From the IMG/VR virus record IMGVR_UViG_3300030330_006692, positions 1 to 64,000 of that record: a DNA stretch of 64,000 nucleotides; one strand, 5' to 3'. How positions within the stretch are numbered: position 1 is the stretch's first letter; every line of letters begins with the position of its first letter. Of this stretch, positions 45,551-55,423 are shown one piece after another. This stretch comes from a virus (lineage: Duplodnaviria > Caudoviricetes). The notes under the pieces are model-generated. The model was given only the letters and a program-made list of their open reading frames with translations, did not search any database and had not been told where the DNA came from. A program made the translations under genes and the position numbers.

Positions 45551-46251
45551 TGAAGCGCTTAGAGGACATATGTGTTATTATCCAAGCGCGCCTTGGTTCC
45601 CAAAGAATCCCGCAAAAAATGATTAAACCTTTTGCCGGGACTACCTTGTTTGATTTATCAATACAAAAAGTTTTAGATTCAAATTTCATACCTAAAGATA
45701 ATTTTTATGTTTCTGTTTATGAGCAGGAGCTAATTGATATCGCAAACAATCGAGGCGCCAATGTCTTTTTGAGAAGTGAAAAATCTGCAAACTCAGAAGG
45801 AACCCCTATGACTGATATGTACGAGTGGTGGGACAAGTTACCATTTAAGTATTGTGTTTTAGTTAATGGCTGCACACCTTTTCTAGAGACATCGACAATT
45901 GACGGGTTTGTTAAGGCATACATGCAAACAGATTCAGAAGGATTATTCGGTGTTATGGAAAAGAAAAACTATTTTTGGAATAAAGATGGCACCCTACAAA
46001 CACCATGGCCTGCCTCTGAGGCATGTATGAACACAAAAGTAGTTGAGGTTACTTATGAGGCTGCACATTGTCTTTATGCCGGGAAGATGGAGCCCATTAA
46101 AAATGGTATTTGGATGGGTGATTTTCAAAAACCTGGGGATATTGAACTCTATCCAATGAAAGAGCGTGAATGTCTGGATATTGATTATCCATGGCAATTC
46201 GAATTGTGCGAGACATTGTACATTGATTCGTTGAAGGAGAATCGAAAATGA
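45550..46251 (+). CDS. neuA: CMP-nonulosonate synthetase (NeuA family)
   Basis: IIQARLGSQRIPQK; DIDYPWQF. Confidence 0.85.
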   Translation: MKRLEDICVIIQARLGSQRIPQKMIKPFAGTTLFDLSIQKVLDSNFIPKDNFYVSVYEQELIDIANNRGANVFLRSEKSANSEGTPMTDMYEWWDKLPFKYCVLVNGCTPFLETSTIDGFVKAYMQTDSEGLFGVMEKKNYFWNKDGTLQTPWPASEACMNTKVVEVTYEAAHCLYAGKMEPIKNGIWMGDFQKPGDIELYPMKERECLDIDYPWQFELCETLYIDSLKENRK

Positions 46252-47081
46252 GAACATACATAATTGCAGAGATTGGCATTAACCATAATGGCTGCTTGAA
46301 CACAGCGAAAAGATTGATTGATATTGCATCTCTATCTGGTTGTGATGCAGTAAAGTTTCAAAAAAGAAATCCAGATGTATGTGTCCCAGAACACCAAAAG
46401 GCAGTTTTACGCGAAACTCCTTGGGGAACAATGAGTTACTTAGAGTATAAGTATCGAATGGAATTTGGAAAAAAAGAGTATGATGAAATAGATGAGTATT
46501 GTAAAGTAAAAGAAATAGCATGGTCCGCATCTCCTTGGGATATGGATAGTTTAAAGTTTCTAGAGAAGTACGATATTCCATTTATAAAAATGCCATCAGC
46601 AATGTTAACTCATGAAGAGTTAATGAGAGGATGTGCAAGAAGCGGCAAAAAGGTTATTTTTTCGACAGGCATGAGTACCGTAGAGGAAATAGATACCGCT
46701 GTTAAGTGGCTTCGCGAAGAGGATTGCGAGTTTGCACTTCTGCACTGTAATTCAACATACCCGGCGCCCCTAGAAGAATTAAATTTGCAATGTATCAAAA
46801 CTTTACGAGAAAGATACAACTGTGAGGTTGGATATAGTGGGCACGAATTCCGTTTAGGGACTACTGTTTCCAGCGTTTACCTCGGCGCTACGATCGTCGA
46901 GAGGCATATCACGCTCGACAGGACAATGTGGGGCTCTGATCATTTAGCTTCGCTTGAGCCTCAAGGGCTAATAAAACTAGTGAAAGGTATAAGAGAATTA
47001 GAAATAGCACTTGGTGATGGCGTCAAAAGACTTTATGACGGAGAGTTGCCTGCACGTAAGAAGTTGCGAGGACTAGACTAA
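46248..47081 (+). CDS. neuB: Second NeuB-family synthase
   Basis: IAEIGINHNG; GYSGHE; VERHITLD. Confidence 0.92.
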   Translation: MRTYIIAEIGINHNGCLNTAKRLIDIASLSGCDAVKFQKRNPDVCVPEHQKAVLRETPWGTMSYLEYKYRMEFGKKEYDEIDEYCKVKEIAWSASPWDMDSLKFLEKYDIPFIKMPSAMLTHEELMRGCARSGKKVIFSTGMSTVEEIDTAVKWLREEDCEFALLHCNSTYPAPLEELNLQCIKTLRERYNCEVGYSGHEFRLGTTVSSVYLGATIVERHITLDRTMWGSDHLASLEPQGLIKLVKGIRELEIALGDGVKRLYDGELPARKKLRGLD

Positions 47082-47848
47082 TGTATATCGATGTTTTCCA
47101 GCATCATAGAGCAATTAGTTCATTTCCCAATTGGGTTATAAACGACTGTAAAAATTCAAATCCAGAATCTTTCAAAAAAATTGTTAAATCAGTTGTGGCG
47201 GATTCAAACGTTGTGTATTCTAATTTAGATTATTTTAAAAAATATAAAGACTCTAAAGTTTTATTTGTTGCCGGCGGCCCATCTTCGAAAGAAACCGAAT
47301 GGAGCACTGAAGGGTATGATTATATATGGTCGTGCAACCATTTTTTTAGACACCCGCGACTAAAAGATTTAAAAGTTGATTTAGCAATGATAATGCCCGA
47401 AGTTGACTTGCAATCTGAGGAGTTTCTACAATATCGACAGAAACATAATCCGTATTATGGTTTTGAAATTCACGATAAGTGGGTAGCGCACGCCTTTGAC
47501 GACTACGAAAGATATTTTTGTATGCATACAAGATTTTACAGCAAGATTGGAATTGGCGCCCGAATGCTTATATTTGCTGGCGCTTTAGGCTGTAAAGAAG
47601 TTTCTTTTATTGGCTTAGATGGTCCAATATATCAGATAAAAGGTAACCATGGTTTCGAAACCGGAAAGAATAGCTTTCCTTCATGCTATCATGGAGTTTC
47701 GCAAGAGGTGATTCTTAAAAGTTACTTAGATCAACATAAATTGCTTTGGGAGCATATTAATAATTTTTATCCAAACACTGCATATAAAAATTTGGGTTAT
47801 GGCGAAGAACAGCATGCGTTTATAAAAAACAAAGGATTCAAAGAATAA
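47081..47848 (+). CDS. GT42/Maf-like putative sialyltransferase
   Basis: LFVAGGPS; WSCNHF; LGC.EV.FIGLDG. Confidence 0.6.
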   Translation: MYIDVFQHHRAISSFPNWVINDCKNSNPESFKKIVKSVVADSNVVYSNLDYFKKYKDSKVLFVAGGPSSKETEWSTEGYDYIWSCNHFFRHPRLKDLKVDLAMIMPEVDLQSEEFLQYRQKHNPYYGFEIHDKWVAHAFDDYERYFCMHTRFYSKIGIGARMLIFAGALGCKEVSFIGLDGPIYQIKGNHGFETGKNSFPSCYHGVSQEVILKSYLDQHKLLWEHINNFYPNTAYKNLGYGEEQHAFIKNKGFKE

Positions 47849-47851
47849 GTT

Positions 47852-48766
47852 ATGAATTGGCTAACTCCAACATCTCCAGCTTTTTACAAAGGCGGTACTC
47901 AATCAGTTCAGTGGTATAACGAGCGTATTACTGAGCGACGAAAAAAATACCCTAATTTATTAGAAAAATTCTCTAACTACGATTCCAAAGAGATATCAAA
48001 TCAAATTAAAGAAAAAGGATGGTTCAAGATAGAGAATTTTTTTGATCTTAATGTATTAAACTATGTAAAAGACGCTACTAAATCAGTGTTGATGGAAAAT
48101 AATCCGGATATCGTGAGACAAGCTAATGGCGGACAACATCAATATATTCATATGCCATTTTTGAATGTTCCAGCTGTGAATAAGATCGCTTCCGATAATC
48201 GGATAGTATCTATAGCCACCAGTTTTTTTGGATGCTTTCCTGGAATTGGCACAAGTAATTTAAGATATAGCGATAGTAAAAATTCTATAGCATCAGGAAC
48301 GTGTCTGTATCATAATGACTTTAATAGTCCGGTAAAATTATTAAAGTTTTTTATCTACTTGAATGATGTAGACATGTCAAATGGACCGTTTACTTATGTT
48401 GAAGGGAGTAATTCAAAGAAGCCTTTGAGTCCTTTTTGGTTGGATTATCATCGATGGAGTGATGAGCAAATAGAACAACTATACGGCAAAGACAAAATTA
48501 TACCTTTAACTGCTAATTACGGCGATTTGCTAATTGCCACAACAAACGGGTTTCATAAAGGGATGCCACTTAAACAAGGAAACAGGCTGATGTTAACATT
48601 GAATTATCTAGTTCATCATGAGTTGGATAATAATTTAGAAAATCTTATAGAGCACCCGACATATCACCCCGGTTCTCCATATAGCGCCCTACACAAAATT
48701 TCAAAAGATACGTATAATAATAACTTAGAAATTGAGCCTCTTTATGATTTTATGGAGAAAGTTTAA
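47852..48766 (+). CDS. PhyH-like Fe(II)/2OG dioxygenase
   Basis: HND; FIYLNDV...NGPF.YV.GS; HKG; R. Confidence 0.8.
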   Translation: MNWLTPTSPAFYKGGTQSVQWYNERITERRKKYPNLLEKFSNYDSKEISNQIKEKGWFKIENFFDLNVLNYVKDATKSVLMENNPDIVRQANGGQHQYIHMPFLNVPAVNKIASDNRIVSIATSFFGCFPGIGTSNLRYSDSKNSIASGTCLYHNDFNSPVKLLKFFIYLNDVDMSNGPFTYVEGSNSKKPLSPFWLDYHRWSDEQIEQLYGKDKIIPLTANYGDLLIATTNGFHKGMPLKQGNRLMLTLNYLVHHELDNNLENLIEHPTYHPGSPYSALHKISKDTYNNNLEIEPLYDFMEKV

Positions 48767-49345
48767 ATGAAAAAAGTTTTTATTGATTGTGGCGCCTACA
48801 ATGGCTCATCAGTTAGAAAATTTAGAGTCCTGAGACACGATAGTCCAGATTTTGAAATCTATTCTTTTGAAGCTAATCCTGTTTTTTATGAAGATATTGA
48901 AAAAACGGGTACCAAGCTGTTTAGAAAAGCAGTCTGGACGTCTAATGGAAAAAAAGATTTCTTTATCGTAACTAAAGACAAGTACGGCTCCGAAGATATG
49001 CGCACGGGCTCCAGTACGTTAAATGAAGAAAAAAACAAATTTAATAGCGTAGCACACAAAAGGACTGAGGCTTTTACTGTTGATACAATTGATATCTCCA
49101 CGTGGATAACAGAAAATTTTTCTAAAGAAGATTTCATTATTTTGAAAATGGATATTGAGGGATCTGAGTATGATGTGCTCAATAAGATGATAGTAGATGG
49201 CTCGATTGATTTAATCGATAAATTGTGGATTGAGTTCCATCACACAAAATGTGGCATATCTCAAGATACTCACGATAATCTTTTAGTTAAGCTCAAAAAT
49301 ACTGGTATTGAAATTGATGAAACTTGGGATTCGATGGGATTTTAA
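48767..49345 (+). CDS. FkbM-family methyltransferase
   Basis: FIDCGAYNG; LKMDIEGSE. Confidence 0.85.
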   Translation: MKKVFIDCGAYNGSSVRKFRVLRHDSPDFEIYSFEANPVFYEDIEKTGTKLFRKAVWTSNGKKDFFIVTKDKYGSEDMRTGSSTLNEEKNKFNSVAHKRTEAFTVDTIDISTWITENFSKEDFIILKMDIEGSEYDVLNKMIVDGSIDLIDKLWIEFHHTKCGISQDTHDNLLVKLKNTGIEIDETWDSMGF

Positions 49346-49639
49346 ATGATAGTTTATATTGATATTGACGAAACGATTGCAAACACTCCGGATGATAGAA
49401 ATTACAGCAACTCTACTCCGATTGAGGAGAATATTGCAAAAGCAAATAAGTTTTATGATGATGGACATACTGTGGTATACTGGACTGCCAGAGGCTCAGG
49501 CACGGGCATTGATTGGTATGATGTGACAAAAGAGCAGCTTGTAAGATGGGGAGCAAAGCACCATGATCTTAAGCTTGGAAAGCCTATGTATGATTTATTT
49601 ATCGACGACAAGGCAATAAACTCAGAGGATTGGAAGTAA
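49346..49639 (+). CDS. Small HAD phosphatase (capsule-biosynthesis type)
   Basis: YIDIDETI; WTARG; GKP..DLFIDDKA. Confidence 0.85.
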   Translation: MIVYIDIDETIANTPDDRNYSNSTPIEENIAKANKFYDDGHTVVYWTARGSGTGIDWYDVTKEQLVRWGAKHHDLKLGKPMYDLFIDDKAINSEDWK

Positions 49640-49640
49640 A

Positions 49641-50300
49641 ATGAATAAAGGATGGAACTCAACAATAAAACACGAAGTGTACTCCAGCGACTGTTATGGA
49701 TTTAAAAAAATTAATTTCAATAGAAGTCCTTTACATATCGTTGACATAGGCTCAAATTATGGATGGTTTTCGGTTTTAGCAGCAGAGAAATATCCAGACT
49801 GCAATATTTATGCTTACGAGTTAATCGAAAGAAATTACTTGGCAGCCAAACAAAATTTAGAAAATTTTAAAAATGCGAATGTTTTTAACGCCGGCGTCAC
49901 GGGTAAAAATCGTATTAGTAAAATATTAGAAGCCGGACATAATGATGGTGGACATAAGCCACTGTACGCAGGAAAAGATAGCTACATATCTGAAGAAAGA
50001 TTTAAAAATGACAGATCTACAAATATAATACATGAAAATATTCCTGATCAAATATCTATAAAAGAAATTTTTGATATTAATAATATAGATTATATTGATT
50101 TTCTAAAACTAGATTGCGAAGGCTGCGAATATGAAATATTTGATCAAATATTTGAGTACGATTTAGATAAAAAAATTAAAAATCTTGCTATGGAAGTTCA
50201 TGGCAAGGGGCATCCTGAATATAAAAAACTAGAAAAACAATTACAAAAAAGGTTCTCAACCTTAAAATGGGGCAAAATAACACACGCCAGTAACGAATAA
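49641..50300 (+). CDS. FkbM-family methyltransferase
   Basis: VDIGSNYG; LKLDCEGCE. Confidence 0.85.
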   Translation: MNKGWNSTIKHEVYSSDCYGFKKINFNRSPLHIVDIGSNYGWFSVLAAEKYPDCNIYAYELIERNYLAAKQNLENFKNANVFNAGVTGKNRISKILEAGHNDGGHKPLYAGKDSYISEERFKNDRSTNIIHENIPDQISIKEIFDINNIDYIDFLKLDCEGCEYEIFDQIFEYDLDKKIKNLAMEVHGKGHPEYKKLEKQLQKRFSTLKWGKITHASNE

Positions 50301-50314
50301 CAAAGGAGACAAAA

Positions 50315-50485
50315 ATGGCAACAGTAAAAGAATTAAAAGAGGAGATCACCAGACTCCAGAGAAGATTAAACTCATTCAGTGACGAAGTGCACACTCTTAA
50401 AACAGAATTGAATAGGTTTAAGAAAGACGTGGCATCTGATGTCACATATCTCACAAATAAAGTAGAAGGAAACATAAATGGATAA
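50315..50485 (+). CDS. 56-aa coiled-coil protein
   Basis: AAGGAG RBS; MATVKELKEEITRLQRRL... Confidence 0.65.
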   Translation: MATVKELKEEITRLQRRLNSFSDEVHTLKTELNRFKKDVASDVTYLTNKVEGNING

Positions 50486-50705
50486 TCAAAACGAAGTCAC
50501 ATTTAAGCTCTCTAATCAGGCATTGGGATCGATTATGATGGCACTTCAAGAATCTCTTTTGAATGAGATTGACATCGTTCCAATTTTAAGAGGATTCGAA
50601 CTGACTAATAGCACCGAAGGGTTGGTAGTTAAAAATCCTCCCACTGTTCGTGTTTCTAATGAACAAAACATCAGTGAGCAAGATTTAGTTAATATGGTGC
50701 GGTAG
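50478..50705 (+). CDS. Hypothetical protein
   Basis: Coupled ORF. Confidence 0.65.
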   Translation: MDNQNEVTFKLSNQALGSIMMALQESLLNEIDIVPILRGFELTNSTEGLVVKNPPTVRVSNEQNISEQDLVNMVR

Positions 50706-50971
50706 TGCCAAAATATTATTATCACTGCCACAATTGTCATGGTGATTTCTACGTTTATCACATGATGTCTGAGCAACAGGAACTTTGTACTATTTGCGAT
50801 GCGCCTGACATTAGTAAATTACTAACAAAACCGCTACATGTTATAAAAAAAAGTAATTCAAAAAAGACTGGTGATATAACAAAAAAGTATATCGATGATA
50901 ATAAAAAAATTCTAGAAGATATGAAGAAAAAAGCAACATCCGCAGCGCACAGTGAAAAAAATGAAAGTTAA
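50705..50971 (+). CDS. FmdB-like zinc-ribbon protein
   Basis: MPKYYYHCHNC...CTIC. Confidence 0.75.
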   Translation: MPKYYYHCHNCHGDFYVYHMMSEQQELCTICDAPDISKLLTKPLHVIKKSNSKKTGDITKKYIDDNKKILEDMKKKATSAAHSEKNES

Positions 50972-51791
50972 AATTAAAAATAATGGAAAATACGATTTAA
51001 ATGATTCAGATGCTTCTAATGAAAAAGAGGCTATAGCAGAGATAAGAAAGAATTGTATAAGAGACATGAAACAAATATTTGTTCATGTGCCTAAAAATTA
51101 TGGAACTTCCACAGCACACATCATTTTTAAAATGACTGATTCTGAAGATCCTGATTGTGATGCTAATGTAACAACTCACATGACAGCAAATCAAATGCTG
51201 TCCATTAAAAAGTATTCTGATCATGGAACGTTCTGTATTACCAGGAACCCTTATTCAAGATTTTGCAGTGTTGTTAACTGGCGCAGTCGCCCAGGAAAAG
51301 ATTGGCTTATGAAAGAGTTAACAAACTTGAAAACTCCCATTTATTCAGGCAACGATCATCACTATTCTAATCAAAATATAAGATACATAAAAATAAAATC
51401 TCTAATATATACAATTTTAACAGAATATCTTTTTGAAGATATTGTTCAAAAGCCAACTCAATATGGTTGGGATCGCGATTCGAATAAGCTGGATAGGATG
51501 TTTTTGCCACAAACAACTTGGCATTCTGAGTCGACTAAGCTATACAAGAGTGAAGATTATCATAACGAAATGATTCGTCTAGTGAGGGATTTAAAAATTC
51601 CAGAAAAAAATAGATCTTTGGAATCTCTTCTTGGGACACATCACAATAACCAACGAGGATCGAGACGCGGCGAAGCGAATAGAGCGTTACATACGATATT
51701 AAAATCAGAACCAGAACTTCATAAAAAATTTCTTGAATATTATCATGATGACTTTCTTTTATTTGATTATGGAGATTATGTTCTTAAATGA
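50952..51791 (+). CDS. Sulfotransferase-family protein
   Basis: FVHVPKNYGTS (5'-PSB), RNPYSRF (3'-PB), DFLLFDY. Confidence 0.75.
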   Translation: MKKMKVKIKNNGKYDLNDSDASNEKEAIAEIRKNCIRDMKQIFVHVPKNYGTSTAHIIFKMTDSEDPDCDANVTTHMTANQMLSIKKYSDHGTFCITRNPYSRFCSVVNWRSRPGKDWLMKELTNLKTPIYSGNDHHYSNQNIRYIKIKSLIYTILTEYLFEDIVQKPTQYGWDRDSNKLDRMFLPQTTWHSESTKLYKSEDYHNEMIRLVRDLKIPEKNRSLESLLGTHHNNQRGSRRGEANRALHTILKSEPELHKKFLEYYHDDFLLFDYGDYVLK

Positions 51792-52141
51792 GTAAACTAG
51801 AAATAATACTAATTTGCGTATCAACACTTTCGCTTATCTTTAATGTGGGTGTTTTTGTGTATGCAAGAAATGTAATCTCGCAATTACTATCTGTCTCCAT
51901 GGAATTGGGAGATCTTAAAGATATGGCAGATTCCCTTGCAGCGCATACTAAAGAAGTTTATGAATTAGAGATGTTTTATGGCGATGACACATTGCACCAT
52001 TTAATGGAACATGCGAGATCCTTCAACGATTATCTTGACACATTTGAATATATTTATTCTCTAACAGGTGAAGAGTTTGTTCCAGCAGAAGCAGATATAA
52101 AGGAAATAGAAATTGAAACAGAAACCCAAAACAAGAGCTAG
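51788..52141 (+). CDS. Membrane-anchored hypothetical protein
   Basis: N-terminal TM helix. Confidence 0.65.
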   Translation: MSKLEIILICVSTLSLIFNVGVFVYARNVISQLLSVSMELGDLKDMADSLAAHTKEVYELEMFYGDDTLHHLMEHARSFNDYLDTFEYIYSLTGEEFVPAEADIKEIEIETETQNKS

Positions 52142-52814
52142 AAGAAAAAAGAATCATTATTTTACAAAAGTACATGAAGACGCAATAATAAGATATTCAC
52201 AAACAAATTGCATTAAAGAGAGGACAGAGCTTTACGTAAATTACATACAACCAGCCTTTAACGAAATGGTTGATAAAATTGTGTTTACGTATAAGTTTAC
52301 AAATTTGCCGAATATAGATTCATTAAGAGATGAGTGTAAGATTTGGCTAATGACTATCCTCGATAAGTACGACTCTACAAAGGGCTCTAAAGCCTTTTCC
52401 TACTTCAGTGTTATTACAAAAAACTGGTTTATTCATCGAGTCAAAAAGCAACAGAAAAGAAACCAAAGAGAAGTTGACTTTGACAACATTGCAAAACATT
52501 ATGAAGAGAGGTATCTATCAACAGATGATTCATACCTTAAAGATAGAGAGGAAGAAGAATTTTGGAACTCCTTCTACAATGAGCTAAAATCATGGGATGA
52601 ATCCCAAATGAAAGATAACGATCTCAAGGTATACAAAGCAATAAACATTTTATTTGAATCAAAAGACGACATTGAGATTTTTAATAAGAAAGCTATTTAC
52701 CTATACCTTAGAGAAATTACGGGCTTAAACACCAAACAGATAGTAAATTCTCTGAAAAAATTTAGAAAAAGATACTATAACTTTAAAAGTGGATGGCAAA
52801 ATGGTGATATATGA
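52113..52814 (+). CDS. gp55-like phage (late) sigma factor
   Basis: HYF...KYDSTKGSKAFSYFSVITKNWF resembles sigma region 2 of T4 gp55 family. Confidence 0.65.
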   Translation: MKQKPKTRARRKKNHYFTKVHEDAIIRYSQTNCIKERTELYVNYIQPAFNEMVDKIVFTYKFTNLPNIDSLRDECKIWLMTILDKYDSTKGSKAFSYFSVITKNWFIHRVKKQQKRNQREVDFDNIAKHYEERYLSTDDSYLKDREEEEFWNSFYNELKSWDESQMKDNDLKVYKAINILFESKDDIEIFNKKAIYLYLREITGLNTKQIVNSLKKFRKRYYNFKSGWQNGDI

Positions 52815-53101
52815 GTAAGGAAAATTTAGATAATTTAATAGTTGAAGCACTTGATAATATTCGAAGCGATCGCAAAATAGCAAAAGAATTCCTAAACGAA
52901 ATAGCAACACAGATTGCGAATGACGCTGATAATAATCGTAGCCTTAGTCCTGTTGCAGCCAAGCATATCGAAACTATGCAGCGTTCCAACGAGCAGCTTG
53001 TAAAGATTATTGGAATTAAACAAAAGACAATTTCTTCTTCCGATGAATTGTCTTCAATGGATAAAGATAATTTATACGACATAATACAAGGAAATTCGTA
53101 G
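52811..53101 (+). CDS. Hypothetical protein
   Basis: Coupled ORF. Confidence 0.65.
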   Translation: MSKENLDNLIVEALDNIRSDRKIAKEFLNEIATQIANDADNNRSLSPVAAKHIETMQRSNEQLVKIIGIKQKTISSSDELSSMDKDNLYDIIQGNS

Positions 53102-53102
53102 C

Positions 53103-54344
53103 GTGTCAAAGCGTTTTTTAAATCGTTCGAATCTTGTATCTATTGATGGCTCCTTAGATCTTTTACGTAAATCTATATCTGAATCCGTTTCTTTTGATGC
53201 ATATGGAGAGCAGGATATATTTCCAGCGATGGTGTTGGTGCCCCCCAAGCTGCTAACTGTTACTGAGGCATCTTCTTATGGAACCGCAACCAAGGCAGAT
53301 CTAGGACAGCAGGCAAAAATATATACGTATATAACAAAAGTTAGAATTATTAGTGACAACTCCCCACATCAGTACTTACCAGATCCGACAAACCCTGCAT
53401 TTAACGTTCTATCAGTCACCGATGATGAGTCCGCTACTCCGACGCTGGACGCCCTAACCATAGTTAATTTACACACAACAGTGGTTATCAGAACTGCCGG
53501 TAATCTTGGTATTGCAATGGGTGATATCATAGATATTAGACTAAAAAGAGATGGTACTGAAGGGGCACTTAACATGCAAACGGGAGAGTATGTTGGTACT
53601 GCTGGCGGAGCTGGGCAGGGAGGAACAAACTTTACACGCAGCACTGGTGCACTTTTGGGTTCAAATTTTGATTATCTAGAGGGGGCTGCCACAGGCGGCG
53701 CAAAAGACGATCCTACGTTTAGTAAATGTCGCCCTTCAATATACCCCGGATTAGAAAAAAAGCCGACGAGGTTTATATCATACGGCTCCGATCGAGTGCT
53801 CGACTCATTATCGAGCCTCGGAATCGAAGGGGATCAACTGGCAATAATGTGGGCGTTTATGAATATGGAACAACCCGGGTTCTCATTTCCAGCAAATAAT
53901 GTTGCAGGTATTCAGCTTGATAATCGTCGTCCGTTTACGGGAGCACAAAAATCAGATTTTGATTATCAAACCTGTTTTCGAGACAATGGCGGAGATCAAA
54001 GAATTTTTGCCGGTTTTGATAACCTAGAAAGAGGAATGGCAGCGTTTGCAAAAATTATTAAAGGCAAAATGAGTTCATTTAAAAAACTACCGGGTACCGG
54101 CATTGCTGATGATGCAGAGGCACTAACGTGGAACTATTACCGAAATTGGAACACTCAGTTTTCAAAACAAGAATTAATAGAATTAAAGGCATCTGGAAGA
54201 GTAGTAAGGGACGGAGAAGTAATTGAAAGAAGTTGGAGCACTACCTCAAATGTTTTTCATAACGCACTTCAACAAATTTCAGACTATGAATTAGCTGAAA
54301 GCTCCACAGCCGACGACGATTTATACGGTGAAAGTGAAGTATAA
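53103..54344 (+). CDS. Baseplate-region protein with possible GH73/lysozyme-like C-domain
   Basis: MEQ...NNVAGIQ...FAGFDNLERG pattern; location before baseplate genes. Confidence 0.45.
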   Translation: MSKRFLNRSNLVSIDGSLDLLRKSISESVSFDAYGEQDIFPAMVLVPPKLLTVTEASSYGTATKADLGQQAKIYTYITKVRIISDNSPHQYLPDPTNPAFNVLSVTDDESATPTLDALTIVNLHTTVVIRTAGNLGIAMGDIIDIRLKRDGTEGALNMQTGEYVGTAGGAGQGGTNFTRSTGALLGSNFDYLEGAATGGAKDDPTFSKCRPSIYPGLEKKPTRFISYGSDRVLDSLSSLGIEGDQLAIMWAFMNMEQPGFSFPANNVAGIQLDNRRPFTGAQKSDFDYQTCFRDNGGDQRIFAGFDNLERGMAAFAKIIKGKMSSFKKLPGTGIADDAEALTWNYYRNWNTQFSKQELIELKASGRVVRDGEVIERSWSTTSNVFHNALQQISDYELAESSTADDDLYGESEV

Positions 54345-54421
54345 ACTAGACACTTATTCGAAGGTTTAACTGAACAAAAAACGTTTTTTTTGATACTTAT
54401 ATAATATAAAAGGGATAATTT

Positions 54422-55405
54422 ATGTCTTTCGATCCGAAAAAAAAGGCGTTTGAGCCTGTTGGAGCACAGGATACACTTTACAACCAGATCAAACAAGCCC
54501 CTGAAGCAGTTCAGATGGTTCCACAAGATTCTGGGATATTTCATACTGTAGTTCCGATGAAGAAGCTTCAGTTTAAATTAGCCGCCGGTGAATCAATTAT
54601 TGAACACCAAGGCGCCTCAATTGTACTAGGTACAGATCGTCCCGACACCATTTTTAGTGGTTTCGGCGCCCGCGGCTATCAAAATGCATCGACTATTGAT
54701 TTAGTTGTTGGTAGGGGCGCTAGCGCCAGGAAGGGGAAAGGAGCAAAAAAAGGTTCAGTGGTGTCGAATATGTTTTCGGCAGATGCTGCCAGAATTTACA
54801 TAAGTCAATTGACTAAAATAGATCATAACTTTGGAATTGCTAATGGTGTTCCAGGTAAAGTCCGGCCGGGAGCCGGAATAGGAATAAAGGCTGATGACGT
54901 CAGAATTATTGCTAGAAATAGCTTCAAATTATGTACTGGGCGCGCCGATGGTGTAGAGGGTCATGGCTCTAGAGGGGAGACTAACGCATTTGGTGGTAAA
55001 AGCACCATTGCCCCAACCATTGAACTAATTGCGGGTAACTATTCTTCAGACAAGTGGGTATATGGCGGACTTAAAAACCCAATTGAAACTGTTCCTTATT
55101 TGCAAGCGGCGGTGAAAGGAGAAAACTTAACCAAAGCATTGCTAGAAATGAACGAAATTATGGGTAACATATGGTCTGCAGTATACAACTTGTTGCTAAT
55201 TCAATGTGGATATAATGTTACTAACTCAATTGATCCTTGGCGCCCATGGAACGCAGCGCAAGGCCCTCCCGCGACGGCTGGGCAATTGACTTTTGGACTA
55301 CAAAACCTGTGGGCTACTCGCGTTAAAGCTACTATGTGGGAGCAATACTACATGGTACCATCAGGCTATAGATATGTTTGTAGTCCAAATATATTCCTAA
55401 CTTAA
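54422..55405 (+). CDS. Probable baseplate hub/spike (gp5-like) protein
   Basis: IVLG.DR, DAARIYISQ, IGIKADDVRIIAR beta-repeat-like segments; context. Confidence 0.5.
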   Translation: MSFDPKKKAFEPVGAQDTLYNQIKQAPEAVQMVPQDSGIFHTVVPMKKLQFKLAAGESIIEHQGASIVLGTDRPDTIFSGFGARGYQNASTIDLVVGRGASARKGKGAKKGSVVSNMFSADAARIYISQLTKIDHNFGIANGVPGKVRPGAGIGIKADDVRIIARNSFKLCTGRADGVEGHGSRGETNAFGGKSTIAPTIELIAGNYSSDKWVYGGLKNPIETVPYLQAAVKGENLTKALLEMNEIMGNIWSAVYNLLLIQCGYNVTNSIDPWRPWNAAQGPPATAGQLTFGLQNLWATRVKATMWEQYYMVPSGYRYVCSPNIFLT

Positions 55406-55423
55406 TAAAAGAGAAATAAACAA

